DNA of 64,000 nt from Octopus sinensis (GCF_006345805.1 NC_043004.1:10912001-10976000); one strand, 5' to 3'. Numbered from the stretch's first letter, positions 38,722 to 52,017 are shown. The notes: generated by a model from the letters alone, not told the origin. A program made the numbers and translations.

Positions 38722-39929
38722 ACACACACACATACATACATATATACATACATACATACGTACATACATACATACGTACATACATACATACATACATACA
38801 TACATACATACATACATACATACATACATACATACATACATGTATACATATAGAGGCGGCTGTTAGGAAGCAATTAAAAAGATATTTTGACGCTTGCAAG
38901 ATAATGTCAATCTATATTGTAAGAAGAATTTAGTATAAGACTCAGAGAATTAACATGTATCGTTATCATTTCGTAGTCCAAGAAGGAATCAATGGCCATC
39001 GGTGATTTCGTTCGGTTTGGTTACACACAGCCTTGTCGGTAAACCGAAATGGCAACCGTCTGAGTTTTTTTAGCACTGCACTGTGAATTTTAACCCTTTA
39101 GTATTTAAACCGGCCATATCCGGCCAAAATATTTAATATGTTTTATGTTCAAACTGACCAGATCCAGGCCCTCACATCTACCATACAATGTTATTCTACA
39201 TTAGGTAATTACACCATCAAAATCTTGAAGATATGAGATAATGCAAGATTAAATCAAATCAATGTGAATCAATTAGCATTATGTTTGATAGAATAATCAG
39301 AACTCTAAAGAGTTAAGTACGGTTTGGTACATAACCACATGAAAACTTTTCACTTTGTAGATTTTATTAATTTGTACTCTTCTATTGATAAAAACCCAAG
39401 TGTAGAGTATAATTATTGCAAGAACAATTTTTCCGACGTACCTTTCATTTTGCCATCAAATCTCAACGCATGTACGCATGCATGCAAGCATGTATGTATG
39501 TAAGTATGTATGTATGTATATATGTACGTACGTATGTATGTATGTATGTATGTATGTATGTATGTATGTATGTATGTATGTATGTATGTGTGTATGTATG
39601 TCGTATGGTTAGGCAGCAGGCGATTAAAACGGCAACTTTACCGAGCTTGTATGGTAAGGAGAAGGGTTTTACTTGTGGCACCCTGCAGAATGAAATGCGA
39701 AGACTCAGAGATTGCACGTGGTCGTTAAATGTGAAAAAAAAAATGGCACCTATCGAGGCCACCTCTATGTAAAACAAATAGTCAAGTTCCCTAGCAAGAC
39801 TGAAAAGCTTCATATCGCTGTTCATGGCTAAATGAACAACCAAATGATGGGATTGATCGAAATCGTATTTTAGAAATCATTTGTGTATGCGTGCATACAT
39901 GTATATTCGTCCGTAAGCATATATGGATA

Positions 39930-40311
39930 TTCGAGCAAAACGCCCGCCGTCCAATGGACAGTGCTGAGTTGTCAGACATTTAAATCAAATTTTCACTATA
40001 CAACTTGTCCGACCGTCCCATAGGCCTCCCCTTTGAGAAACATTGATTTAACCTAAATTTGAGACACCAGCAAAAGAATAAATAAAGATAGACTTTTTCT
40101 ATTTCAAGGAAAACGATTTTACAAATGCACGTTCCCACAGCTTTATCGATCGCGTTGTCACCAGGAATCGATTTTTGTAATTTTTTCAAGACTTCTACAC
40201 GCCCTGATACAGTCGGTATCTACATATGAAATTTGAGCGCAATCGGATGGAGGATGCCCGAGATCATAGAAGACACACACACAGACAGAACGGATTTTAT
40301 ATAATAGAAGA
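39930..40311 (-). mobile_element. Non-autonomous Helitron-like element
   Basis: The minus strand starts a|tcttctattatataaaa, followed by a short (GTCT/GT)n. It ends in a degenerate GC-rich hairpin (gtcc..ggac/gggcg) and a degenerate CTAG. Confidence 0.55.
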
Positions 40312-40931
40312 TGCATGCGTGTATGGATGATTCTTTGAATGAGGTGTATATGTATTTGCGTAATTCATCGGCAGTTTAAGAAGTAGAATACGAACACATA
40401 CACACACATACATACGCATATACACACACATATATCTTCTGCTGCCAGTAAAATAACAGCCTCTTATTGAGTGCATAAAAGTCTATGAATACATCTTATT
40501 ATTTCTTGTGGGAATTACTTTTCACAATATTTCATATATGACATAGATACACGCGAGCTTAAGACATGAAAAGGTAAATTAAAAGACAAAAAAAAAAAGA
40601 TACTATCATAAACAGTTACAATTAAAAGAAAAATATATATTAAAATAAAATAGAAACAAACTAATAATTCTCGGCGACCACAGCAGGAGATACGTAGACT
40701 TGTCTATCCACATGAATACTCGGAGTAACTGAAACACTATCGAGTTATTCAGTTTATCTTTTTCCGAAGATTACATGTAATATATCAAAGTTTTCGTACA
40801 TAACTATTTACATATATACATCCATACAATTATACATGAATTTATACCCACCGATGTATACATGTACGCGTCTGCAAGTTTGCATATTATCATACACCAG
40901 TATATATATATATATATATATATATATAAGC

Positions 40932-41058
<127 letters not shown>

Positions 41059-41256
41059 CATATATACATATATATATATTATATATGTATCTATGTGCAT
41101 ATATATATGTATATATATATATATAGTATATATATCATATATGTATATATATATATATATATATGTATAATATATATATATATATATATATAACATAGAT
41201 ATATATATATATACATATTATATATATATATATATATATATACATACATACATATA

Positions 41257-41314
<58 letters not shown>

Positions 41315-42015
41315 AATGATATATATATATATATATATATATATCCTTCCCTTTCACATTCGGAGTTCCACAGACGCCCACACAGAAATACACGCGTATT
41401 TATGTGGACATTTACACACACATACATGTGTTTGCGTTTGTATATACCTGTGCGCATAAGCGTATGTGTGAATGTGTTTGCGCGTGCTTATGCGTCTGCA
41501 GGAGTATATGTGTGTTTTTCCATTGCGTGTGTTCGTTTGTGTGTCTTTTTTTTTTGTGTGTGTGTATATAAAAGTAAACAAATATATAAATTTATTAATA
41601 TACGTTTATATTCTTGTCTATACATAAACATTGTAATATGACACACACACATACACACATGTATCCCCATACACACACAATGAAATCTAATATGAGCACA
41701 ATGAATAAAAACAAAATGGCGCACAATTGAAGTAGAATATTAGGCAAACAAAAACACAAAAAAGCTATCAAAATAACAAAACCTACAAACACATACATAC
41801 AAAACACACAGAAAAAAAATAGTATCAGACACATTGAAGACGTAAACATTGAAAATAGCGTGTCTTTTGATGTCTGTATATTTCTTAAAACTTGTCTAAT
41901 ATAAATGTTTACTGTCGATTTTGGCGTAGTCTCTCGTGGGTCGCGACGTGAATTCTTACACTTCGCAGCTATCGTGAGAAATTCAGTGTTAATAAGATTA
42001 TATCAATATATATAT

Positions 42016-42091
<76 letters not shown>

Positions 42092-42242
42092 TATGTATGT
42101 ATGTATGTATATATACCCGCTTATATACATACATTTATACTATTTATACACGTTCGATATACACTTATATGTATAAAGGTATGTATAATTTAATGTCTTC
42201 TATGCATAGTAGCATATAATTATATATATATATATTATATAT

Positions 42243-42289
<47 letters not shown>

Positions 42290-42638
42290 GAGTATACATA
42301 CATGTGGATATATGTATATAAGTGTGTGTGTTTGGGTGTGTATGCACACAGACATACACAGAGTCACTTACGCACACTCACACACAAACACAGACACAAA
42401 CACACACGTGGCCTTCCCATATACACATACGTGTGCACACATACGCACGATATAATGATATGAAGAAACGCAGAGCAGATTTTTATAATAGTTGTCTTTA
42501 TTTAAATGCTAAAAAGGAAGTTATACGTCATATTCACGGAGACTGCACACTTACATTTACACATACAAGTCTCTCTCTGTCTCCCTCTGTCTCTCTCTCT
42601 CTCCCTCTGTCTCTCTCTCTCTCTCTCCCTCTCTGTAG

Positions 42639-42780
42639 GAGGTTTGTGGATGCGTATAAGGACACAGAACTGTCATTAGTCCAGTTGAAATGCAATACGT
42701 CCAGCTGTTGCAGGCCCACCGTGTGGAGAGATACTGAACGTAACGGGCCGAAATATTGTCGTAGCACGGAACTCAGCTGA
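42639..42780 (+). other. Weak candidate terminal coding exon (RFVDAYKDTELSLVQLKCNTSSCCRPTVW...ELS*)
   Basis: (CT)n pyrimidine tract plus tgtag acceptor, a GC-richer non-repetitive stretch, and one open frame to TGA. Not recognisable with confidence. Confidence 0.15.
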
Positions 42781-42929
42781 TGATTGCAGCCAGACGAGAA
42801 ATGGAGTACTCAGTGTTTTTATATATATATATAGATAGATATATATATATATATTATATAATATATATGATATATATATGTGGGTGTATGTGTGTGTGGT
42901 GTTGGGTGTGTGTGTGTGTGTGTATCAGT

Positions 42930-43135
42930 CGCCATGATATCGTTAGCCACTACACATATTTTTTTCTCCTTGTTTTTTCTGTGTCTCTTTCTGCAGAAGA
43001 ACGTAGGCTCGAAACGTGAAAGACTTTTTCTATTCCTGACCGTTATACTAATACATCTGTTTCTTTTGTACAACACCTGTCTTCGCCTTTTGTGTTTTTT
43101 CGAAAACTCTCTCTCTCTCTCTAATATATATATAT
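42930..43135 (+). mobile_element. PLE pLTR-like fragment with a degenerate hammerhead motif
   Basis: tcttt-CTGCAGA-a-gaac/gtag/gctc-GAAACGT-g-aaaga, followed by a T-rich tail running into (CT)n(TA)n. Confidence 0.55.
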
Positions 43136-43671
43136 ATATATACACACACAAAGCTAGGGGAACGTGGCTGAATGTTGCACTCATGATCGTAATACTGGTC
43201 GTTTCCTTTGATGGAACAGGCGAAGAGTTGTATCGTAGAGCGAAACACTTCATTTTATTTTGTTCATTCACCTGGGAGAAACGAGTAATCCAGTGGCGTG
43301 TCGGCGACCCGTCCACTAGGCCTATATATTAAGGTGGGGCGTTTTTTCCATGATTTTCGATTTCGTAATGAGTGTAGTGCTGAAATGTTTCGAATGGACA
43401 TCGAAATAAGTGTTGTAAAATATTTTGTCTCTACAAATGCATCGTAAAATGGAAAAAGTGGAAAGCAATAAAAATGAAAAAAAAAAAGCAAAGAAAAAAG
43501 CCCCGCATCTACTTAATTATTTGCTATAAAATACAGTTTTCGTTCCATCTTTTTCGGGTAACTTTTGAATGAGTGTGATGAAATTATTCTAATATATGAC
43601 TGAAGCATTTTTTTCTGTGATTTCATATTTTGCACCCATAAACGCCTCAAAATGTCTAAAAATATTGTAAA

Positions 43672-43889
43672 CTGGTAGTATAACCCGACTTCGCCCGGGA
43701 TTAAGTTAGGATTATTTAGCTAATCAAGTTCTTTATTTCAAACCAAACTAAGTAACATCGACGTCAAAATTGGGCGAAATCCGTTGAAATTGGTACACAC
43801 ACACACATATATATATATATGGGAAACATGCACACACATACGCACAGCGTAAATATATTGCATGCATGCTTTTGTACGCATACATGTTC

Positions 43890-43940
<51 letters not shown>

Positions 43941-44266
43941 GCCCGTATATCAACAAAACACTGTTCTCCGCGATGGAAAAAAAAACAGCATAAGTCTTAA
44001 CAAAAACTTACTCGTCGCTAGAAGGAGACTTAACTCCTGTTTGCAAGCAATGGGGATTTCTCCGATTTGAATATTGTTAAAAGTTTTGGTTGAACATTTA
44101 TTTTTACTGCTATTCGCTGGTGCCTCTGGGAAAAATACGTTGACGAAAATACAGCTACAGTCATGGCGAATGTCCTCCTAAAATTGGAGCGACATGCGTG
44201 CTAATTTGTGGACGTGCATAAATTACATTCACGTACACACACACATCCTGCCTTTTATATATAAGA
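43672..44266 (-). mobile_element. Non-autonomous Helitron with both termini and an internal microsatellite
   Basis: On the minus strand the 5' end is A|TCttatatataaaa (44267|44266). The 3' end is a cccgggcgaagtcggg hairpin, then ttatacta, then CCAG|T (CTAG variant). Inserted between A and T with no TSD. Confidence 0.65.
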
Positions 44267-44471
44267 TATTTTAATGTATCGAATTTAGAAAATTTTTCAT
44301 GTAGATGTAAATTACTGTACACCCCCTTCCCTCCTTGTGGAAGCAGAAGATGTAGTTACAGAAAAAAATCATTGTTCAAGTCGTATTTTAGATTAATTTC
44401 ACTACAGTCATCTGAATGTTATCCGAAGAAGATGCAATGAAAACTGTACTTTATAAGCTTATAAATAAATC

Positions 44472-44889
44472 TCTTTACTCTCTTTACTCTTTTACTTGTT
44501 TCAGTCATTTGACTGCGGCCATGCTGGAGCACCGCCTTTAGTCGAGCAACTCGACCCCGGGACTTATTCTTTTTGTAAGCCCACTACTTATTCTATCGGT
44601 CTCTTTTTGCCGAACCGCTAAGTGACGGGGACGTAAACACACCAGCATCGGTTGTCAAGCAATGCTAGGGGAACAAACACAGACACACAAACAGACACAC
44701 ATACATATATATATATACATATATACGACAGGCTTCTTTCAGTTTCCGTCTACCAAATCCACTCACAAGGCATTGGTCGGCCCGGGGCTATAGCAGAAGA
44801 CACTTGCCCAAGATGCCACGCAGTGGGACTGAACCCGGAACAATGTGGTTGGTTAGCAAGCTACTTACCACACAGCCACTCCTGCGCCT
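44472..44889 (-). mobile_element. Full-length SINE family 2
   Basis: Minus-strand head taggcgcaggagtggctgtgtggtaag, B box gggttcagtccc, internal (TA)/(TG), and tail ggcggtgctccagcatggccgcagtcaaatgactgaaacaagtaaaagagtaaag. Confidence 0.88.
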
Positions 44890-44968
44890 ATGCATTTTAA
44901 AATCGATGCATTTTATCCCAAATTTTCCGTTTTTCGATGTATTTGTTGAGAGAGAAGATATTGTTACA

Positions 44969-45262
44969 AGGTGGCAAGCTGGCAGAAACGTTAACACGTC
45001 GGGCGAAATGCTTAGCGGTATTTCGTCTGCCGCTACGTTCTGAGTTTAGCCCCTTGTGGGTAGTAAAGAAATAGGTATTTTGTCTGCCGTTACATTCTGA
45101 GTTCAGATTCCGCCGAGGTCGACTTTGCCATTCATCCTCTCGGGATCGATAAATTTTACGTACCAGTTACCCGCTGAGGTCGATATAATCGACTTAATCC
45201 ATTTGTCTGTCCTTGTTTATTCCCTCTATGTTTAGCCCGTTGTTTGCAATGAAGAAATAAGA
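44969..45262 (+). mobile_element. SINE family 1 dimer (first unit internally deleted)
   Basis: Head, then the tail tttagccccttgtgggtagtaaagaaata, then a restart at ggtatttt (45074). Confidence 0.82.
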
Positions 45263-46404
45263 AGATATTGTCGCAGAGGTCTAAGATTTTATACCAGTTA
45301 TTTTGATGTCCATTCACAACTTTTCCGCACTACCCCGATTACGAAATTGAAAATTGTAAAAAATACGCTTCACACTACTATACATACCCCGATATTATCC
45401 GTGAAACCGGCTTTATGAACCCATTGCTGGGAAGGCCGTTTGATCCTTTTACGTGACAAACTGATGGATATATTAGTTAAATAGAAAATGGAAAGATAGG
45501 AAACGAAATTTTAGAAACAAATCGATATGGTTGGTATGGAAATACCGAGAGCGACTAATACAGATGGGGAAGGTCAAGAAAATAATAGGAACTGAACTCA
45601 TATAGATGTAGTAATAAATATATTGGTTATTTGAGAGGGATAGCATTGTGTAGTATAAAACGACACAGAAGGAACGAGGGCATGTATTTATAGGTGTGAG
45701 GAAGCGATGGATAAACGAAGAGATACAAAGGGATAAAGAAACAAAGATAGATAGATAGATAGATAGAGAGAGGGGAGAGAGAGAAAAATAATGGCAGACA
45801 AGATTGGAAATAATAAAAATTGATTTGATAATTTTCAAAATAATGAACAGTGTTATGTGTCCCAAGAGTCGAATAGCTGTCTTTAAACACACCACCATGA
45901 ATACGTCAGTTTCTATGACAAAAGTCACATGATATTTTCTTACAAACAGTTGTAGTATATTTCTGTTTTGACTTCACCACAACGGTAGAATATAAACAGT
46001 ATGAAATTATATTTAGAATCAAAGACCCCATTTCTTCGTATTTCTACTTTTTTTTCTTTTCTTAGTTTATTTTCGGAATATTTCCTGATGTTCTCAAATA
46101 TAATTTCCTTTATGGAAATTTCCAAAAATGATTTGAAATTATATGCGCAGTTTATTTTATTATTTTTTAACATAATTTTGAAAATTTTAATTACTACTTC
46201 AATTGAGATTATATTTTAAATATTTCTTTTATAATTCTGCTTCTTTCCATTAAAAATTCTTGACAATGGAGGTTTGAAAATAATTTCTATGGAGCTGCGA
46301 TCTTTTAAAATACATATTTTAATAAGGATTTTAACATTTTTAGATAGAAATATTATGCAATTCCGAAAGCTTTACAACGTATGCGCGCTTTGTATGAGCA
46401 CGGG

Positions 46405-46441
<37 letters not shown>

Positions 46442-46464
46442 CATATGCCTGTATCATATGCGCG

Positions 46465-46504
<40 letters not shown>

Positions 46505-46833
46505 AATATATATATATAATATATAATATATATTATATATATAATATATATTTATATATATATTATATATCTATAATATATATATATCATATATATATAT
46601 ATATATATAATATATATATATATATATAGTATGTATAATGTATGTATATATGCATGTGTGTATGTATGTTTGTGGAATATATATACCTAGGTATGCATGT
46701 TTGTGCTCGTATGTTTTGACTTGATTTGTGTGTTGAAAGAAAGCAGACATTCTTGTAACTATGTCAAGTCGTATATTTATATTCAATTCATTTCTAATGA
46801 AATCGAATCAAGCTTGATAATTTCAGATACTAA

Positions 46834-47010
46834 AGTGGTGAGCTGGCAGAGTCGTTAGCACGCCTGGCGAAATGCTTAGATGGTATTTCGTCTATCTTTA
46901 TGTTCTGAGTTCAAATTCCGCCGAGGCCGACTTTGCCGCATACTGGGGTTGATCTAATCGACTGGCCCCCTGCCCCAAAATGTCGAACCTTGTGCCTAGA
47001 GTAGAAAATA
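46834..47010 (+). mobile_element. SINE family 1 with a central deletion
   Basis: Head gtggtgagctggcagagtcgttagc; ctttgc joins directly to cgcatactgggg; tail ccttgtgcctagagtagaaaa. Confidence 0.8.
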
Positions 47011-47106
47011 TTTTTTTCAAATATTTGCAAAATGTTTGATAAAAATAGACACACGTTTTCGTTTTGCTTTTTATCCATCATCAACGCTGAAACTAAAAAG
47101 TTGATA

Positions 47107-47370
47107 CAGTAATCACTCGCCATATTGTGGTTCACCTATCGCAGTTCACTTATCGCGGTTCACTTAACGCGGTTTACCTAACGCGGTTTATTATTTAAGC
47201 TTACGTCGATTCCTCCGTGGTGTTGTTTTGCATTTATGATAAAATAAATATCTACAAATCATAAAAATAGTAAGAAAAATATATAATACAGTAATGTTTG
47301 TATTTCAAGGATTTTCGCCAATCGCATGGGGTTTTGGAACGTAACACCCACGACAGTCGAGGGATTATTG
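47107..47370. mobile_element. Tigger/pogo-like MITE with TA target-site duplication
   Basis: ta|CAGTAATCACTCG ... CGAGGGATTATTG|ta (13-bp TIR, 2 mismatches), with about five internal ~14-bp ggttcacttatcgc repeats. Confidence 0.8.
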
Positions 47371-47675
47371 TATTTTAATTTAAGGAAATTCTTGTATATT
47401 GTTTTGATTTACATGGATACTCTCTTTTAATTTGCCTGGAAATGAGTGGCCAGCAACTCATTATCCTTGACCAATTTAAATAGGAATTTTAAATAGTAAC
47501 TAGGTCAGCTATATATAATCCCTTCGTTGATCCTTAGAAGATAAGCTCACAAAGAATAAAAAGGGGAAAAAATTATAAATGGTTTCATTATATTTAAAAA
47601 CAGCATGCTATCAAATATATGACTGAAACACGAAGACTTAAGTGCATATCGAAACTACATAACGTAGCAAGCCGT

Positions 47676-48030
47676 CTCACTGCGTGGCACCTTTGGCGGC
47701 TTCTACTATAGCCCTGGGCCGACTAAAGCCATGAGAGCGGATTTGGCAGCTGAAAACAAAAATAAGCCCAAAGTGCGGGTGTACATATATGTGTATGTGT
47801 ATAGGCGGCGAGCTGGCAGAAACGTTAGCACACCGGGCGAAATGCGTAGCCGTATTTCGTCTGCCGTTACGTTCTGAGTTCAAATTCCGCCGAGGTCGAC
47901 TTTGCCTTTCATCCTTTCGGGGTCGATAAATTAAGTACCAGTTACGCACTGGGGTCGATGTAATCGACTTAATCCATTTGTCTGTCCTTATTTGTCCCCT
48001 CTGTGTTTAGCCCCTTGTGGGTAGTAAAAC
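47676..48030 (+). mobile_element. SINE family 2 fragment followed by SINE family 1
   Basis: ccactgcgtggcacctttgg...gggccgactaaagcc (47676-47775), then aggcggcgagctggcagaaacg...gtagtaaa (47803-48030). Confidence 0.8.
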
Positions 48031-48040
48031 AAGTAAAAAA

Positions 48041-48080
<40 letters not shown>

Positions 48081-48409
48081 ATGTGTGTGCTTGTGTTTAT
48101 TTTTGTGCCCCTCGCTGTTTGACATGGATTGTCTACTTTCCTGTAACTTAGCAGTTCTGCAAAACAGAGAGCAATAGAAAAGGTAGCAAGGTTAAAAATG
48201 AGTACTGTGGTCGATTTGTTGGACTAAACTACCAAGATGGCTGAAAAAGATCGGTGCAAGTTTGAGGGTAGAATACCTACAAAATGCAGCTTTGTTTGGA
48301 ATTGCAAGAATTCTTCGCAGCATTATGAACTACGAACATAACCATTCTGTAGAAATGCTGCGAAGCATTTTCTCTGATGCATAAATGATTTTGCCAACCC
48401 GCTGCCTGA

Positions 48410-48835
48410 AGGGTACTGTTTCCCACTATAAGCACCAAACGTGAAACTTCGTGGAAGTAGTCTAATCGATTACATCGATCCCAGTGCACAGCTAGTACTT
48501 ATTTAGTCGATACCGAAGCGATGAAAAGAAAAGACGACTTTCACAGTATTTGAACTTGGAAAGAAAAGCCAAAAGAGATGCCGCAAAGCACTTTATCCGA
48601 CGCGCTAACGTTTCTGCTACTTTAATCATAATAATACTGGTCTCCTATTTTGGCTCAAAGGCCAACATGTTAGGGGGAGCGCCAAGTCGATTACATCCAG
48701 CCTAGTGTCCAACTAGTAATTATTCTATTGACCGCGAAAGATGAAAGGTAAAGTCGACCATAGCGGAATTTGAACTCACAACACAAAGACTGTTGTAAAT
48801 TTCCTGCGACGTTCTATGGATTCTGTCACGTCGAC
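48410..48835 (-). mobile_element. Two degenerate head-to-tail SINE family 1 copies
   Basis: Reverse-complement cores atgaaaagaaaagacgac (~48530) and atgaaaggtaaagtcgacc (~48745). Confidence 0.65.
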
Positions 48836-48840
48836 AACTC

Positions 48841-48865
48841 AATAATAATAATAATAATAATAATA

Positions 48866-48912
<47 letters not shown>

Positions 48913-49048
48913 TGATGATGATGATGATGATGAAGATAAGGATGATGATGACGCTGACGATGACGATGATGACGATGACGAAGACGACGACGACGACGAC
49001 GATGACGACGATGACGACGATGATGACGATGATGACGACGACGACGAC

Positions 49049-49084
<36 letters not shown>

Positions 49085-49105
49085 GATGATGATGATGATG
49101 ATGAT
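48841..49105. repeat. Graded array (TAA)n to (TGA)n/(CGA)n
   Basis: Pure TAA at 48841-48909, then GAT/GAC up to 49105, directly abutting the 5'-truncated R4 copy. Confidence 0.95.
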
Positions 49106-49107
49106 AA

Positions 49108-50631
49108 AACAAACCTATAAATATTTAGGGATAAATGAAGGCTCTGGTATTCAACATGCAAGCATGAAAGAGATGATCAGGAAGGAATGTTATAGGAGAG
49201 TTCGAGCAGTCCTGAAATCTGAACTAAATGCACGTAACAAGGTGTTAGCTATAAATTCCTTAGCAGTTCCAGTTGTTACTTATAGCTACAATGTGTTGAA
49301 CTGGAATATGAGTGAAGTAAAGAATATAGATATCAAAATACGCAAGCTGCTGAGTTGTAATAGGATGCACCACCCAAAGGCAGACGTAGATCGCCTTTAC
49401 CTCCCCAGAGCCCAAGGAGGTCGAGACCTGATCCAATTTGAACTAGCTTACAAAACAACCACAATTGGACTGGCCAAATATCTTGAAATAACGAATGACT
49501 GGATGCTAAAGCTCGTGGAAAATCACGAGAGACGAAAGAAGCTTCATTCTATCATAAAGGAAAGCAAAAAGTTTGCTATTGATCTCGTACAGGATACCCA
49601 AACTGAACAACCCGAGGGAAGTACGGCAACTATTGTTGCAAAGAAGGTGCAAATAATGGCAACGAAAAAAGCGCACGAGCAATTGGCTGATAGGTGGGAG
49701 GAAAAACCTCTGTACGGCAAATATGTGGCCCGCAGCAGACAAGCTGATGTTGACCAGAAGCAAACCCATCAGTGGCTACGGAGCTCAGGGCTAAAAGCAG
49801 AGAGCGAAGGTTTCATCATGGCTGCTCAAGATTAAAGCCTATTAACCCGGAACTACCAGGCCAATGTGATGAAAAATGGAGCAGACCCAAAATGCCGATT
49901 CTGCAACGAATGATTGAAACAGTGGACCACCTAATCTCTGGATGTAAAGTCTTAGCACCAGTGGAGTATAAATTAAGACATGACAGAATTGGCCAATATC
50001 TACACTGGCTAATAAGTCAGCATTACAATATCAAAACTGCCGACAAGTGGTATAGTCACCACCCTGAAGCTGTAACTGAAGGAGAAAATGTAACAATTCT
50101 GTGGGACTTTCCAGTACATACAGACCGAACCATCAAAGCCAATAAACCGGATATTGTTGTGAAAGACCAAAACAATAAAGTTTGCTTATTGATCGACATG
50201 AGCATCCCCTGTGATCATAATATCTCGGCGAAAGAATTTGACAAGCTCAGAAAATATAAAGACCTGCTCATTGAAATTGAGAAAATGTGGCATCTCAAGG
50301 CGATTACAATACTAGCGATCGTAGGAGCACTAGGAATGATCAAGAAGGGAACCGAAAATTATATGAGAATGATCCCTGGCTTACCATCCATGCAAGAAGT
50401 GCAAAAGATTGTCTTAACTGGTACATCACACGTATTGAGAAGAGCATTGTCGATGTGAGAACTGTTGCTGCTCATGTATTTTAATTTAACTTAAAAAAAA
50501 AAAAAAAAAATGAACGAACTACTGAGTTTGGTTTAATGGCCTACATTGTATACTATGAGTTCTTTGCCTAGGAGTCGGGAAGACACTCGGCAAGAAATGG
50601 AAGCAAATTTGAAAGAAGAAGAAAAACCCAT
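49108..50631 (+). mobile_element. 5'-truncated R4/Dong-clade retrotransposon, lineage A, inserted in (TAA)n
   Basis: KYLG...LYLPRAQGG...SEGFIMAAQD* (one premature stop), CCHC knuckle CRFCNE(fs)IETVDHLISGC, RLE NKPDIVVKD...LIDMSIP...KLRKY, stop at 50458, 3' UTR, then (TAA)n at 50632-50717. Confidence 0.92.
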
Positions 50632-50654
50632 AAATAATAATAATAATGATAATA

Positions 50655-50717
<63 letters not shown>

Positions 50718-50719
<2 letters not shown>

Positions 50720-50930
50720 CCTTTCTATTGTGGGCACAAGGCCTGGATTTTGACGGTGGGCGACAGTCGATCACTTCGACATCAGTACTCAACTGGTACT
50801 GAATTTATCGTCCCCGAAAGGATGAAAGGCAAAGTTAAATGCGGCAAAATTTGAACTTTGAATGTGAAGACGGACGAAATGCCGCTAAGCATTTTACTGG
50901 GTACAATGAGGATTCTACTAGTTCACTGAT
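50718..50930 (-). mobile_element. SINE family 1 whose (ATT)n tail meets the R4 3' end
   Basis: Reverse complement of the core, and of the tail ggccttgtgcccacaatagaaaggattattatt. Confidence 0.7.
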
Positions 50931-50942
50931 TTTATAGTAACA

Positions 50943-51007
<65 letters not shown>

Positions 51008-51012
<5 letters not shown>

Positions 51013-51195
51013 CACCAGGACTTACAAACACATATAACATACAGAAAATTGCACTACTAGGCACTGCACACATCCTACGCAGAACACTTTCCATACAATA
51101 ACCATCAGAGCATCACAACAAATCACAGCACATACCCAAGGCACACAGAGCTGCGCTCGGTAGTGAAGTGAAAGCACGCTATAAAAATAAAACTA

Positions 51196-51200
<5 letters not shown>
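51008..51200 (+). mobile_element. Severely 5'-truncated R4/Dong lineage B copy inside (TAA)n
   Basis: Near-identical to the reverse complement of 29341-29535; (TAA)n on both sides (50945-51007 and 51199-51229). Confidence 0.88.
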
Positions 51201-51229
<29 letters not shown>

Positions 51230-52017
51230 GCATTAACGACCCAAATACCAAGAGAAGGACACATCCACAATAATCAAAAGCTTGAACTAAAAAGTGCTGC
51301 ACAATTATAGCGGAAGGTAGTTTCAAATACAATAGACAAGCCTGAAAATTATTGCATTTATCCAATGCACGCAGTCTTTCATAAGTTATGAGAATCAATA
51401 AAAAAAATATCAGACAACTGCAATAATAATAATAATAATGTGTATCAAGCATATGGCAAAATGAGATATGTTGAGAATAAACATAATTATGTGTATGCAC
51501 ATGGCAAATTTATGCTGCACAGACTTTAGTCTGTCATGATGTCGTACAATATCTACTTACATTCCACTTAACCAACAGCCAAAACGTGCAGTTGTTAGCA
51601 TTTAATAATCTGTTGACGCTATCACGCTGATATGGTGCCAAGAAATAAAAAAAAACGAAAACAGGATTCAAACCGTGTTCTGTTAGAAACGTAATACTTT
51701 ATGTGATTTCCTTCGTAGTCAGCCCGGTCATATAATAGTTAACCTCAGTCGATGATAAGAGACAGAATATGAGATGTGGTTCTAAACTTGTTGCCAGCAA
51801 TTTATTCTGTGCCTAAGACCGAAACAGTTTTCAACGTCTGATCTTCTATGATAACAGACGAACAGATCTATCATTAATTTTAATGTACTTAGAATAGCGA
51901 TTACTTCGTTATCTTGAAGTGACATGTTCGTGGTTTTTGACATTCATTCAGCCAGTTCGTTCCGCACATGCTTGCTCATTGTGTGGTAGGTCTCCTCCAG
52001 CGTTTTTGACTCCTAGC

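Noticed and set aside
51230-51420. Possible RT fragment (DKPENY...) between TAA tracts
   Set aside because: Only a few residues resemble the NYRPI motif, which is insufficient.
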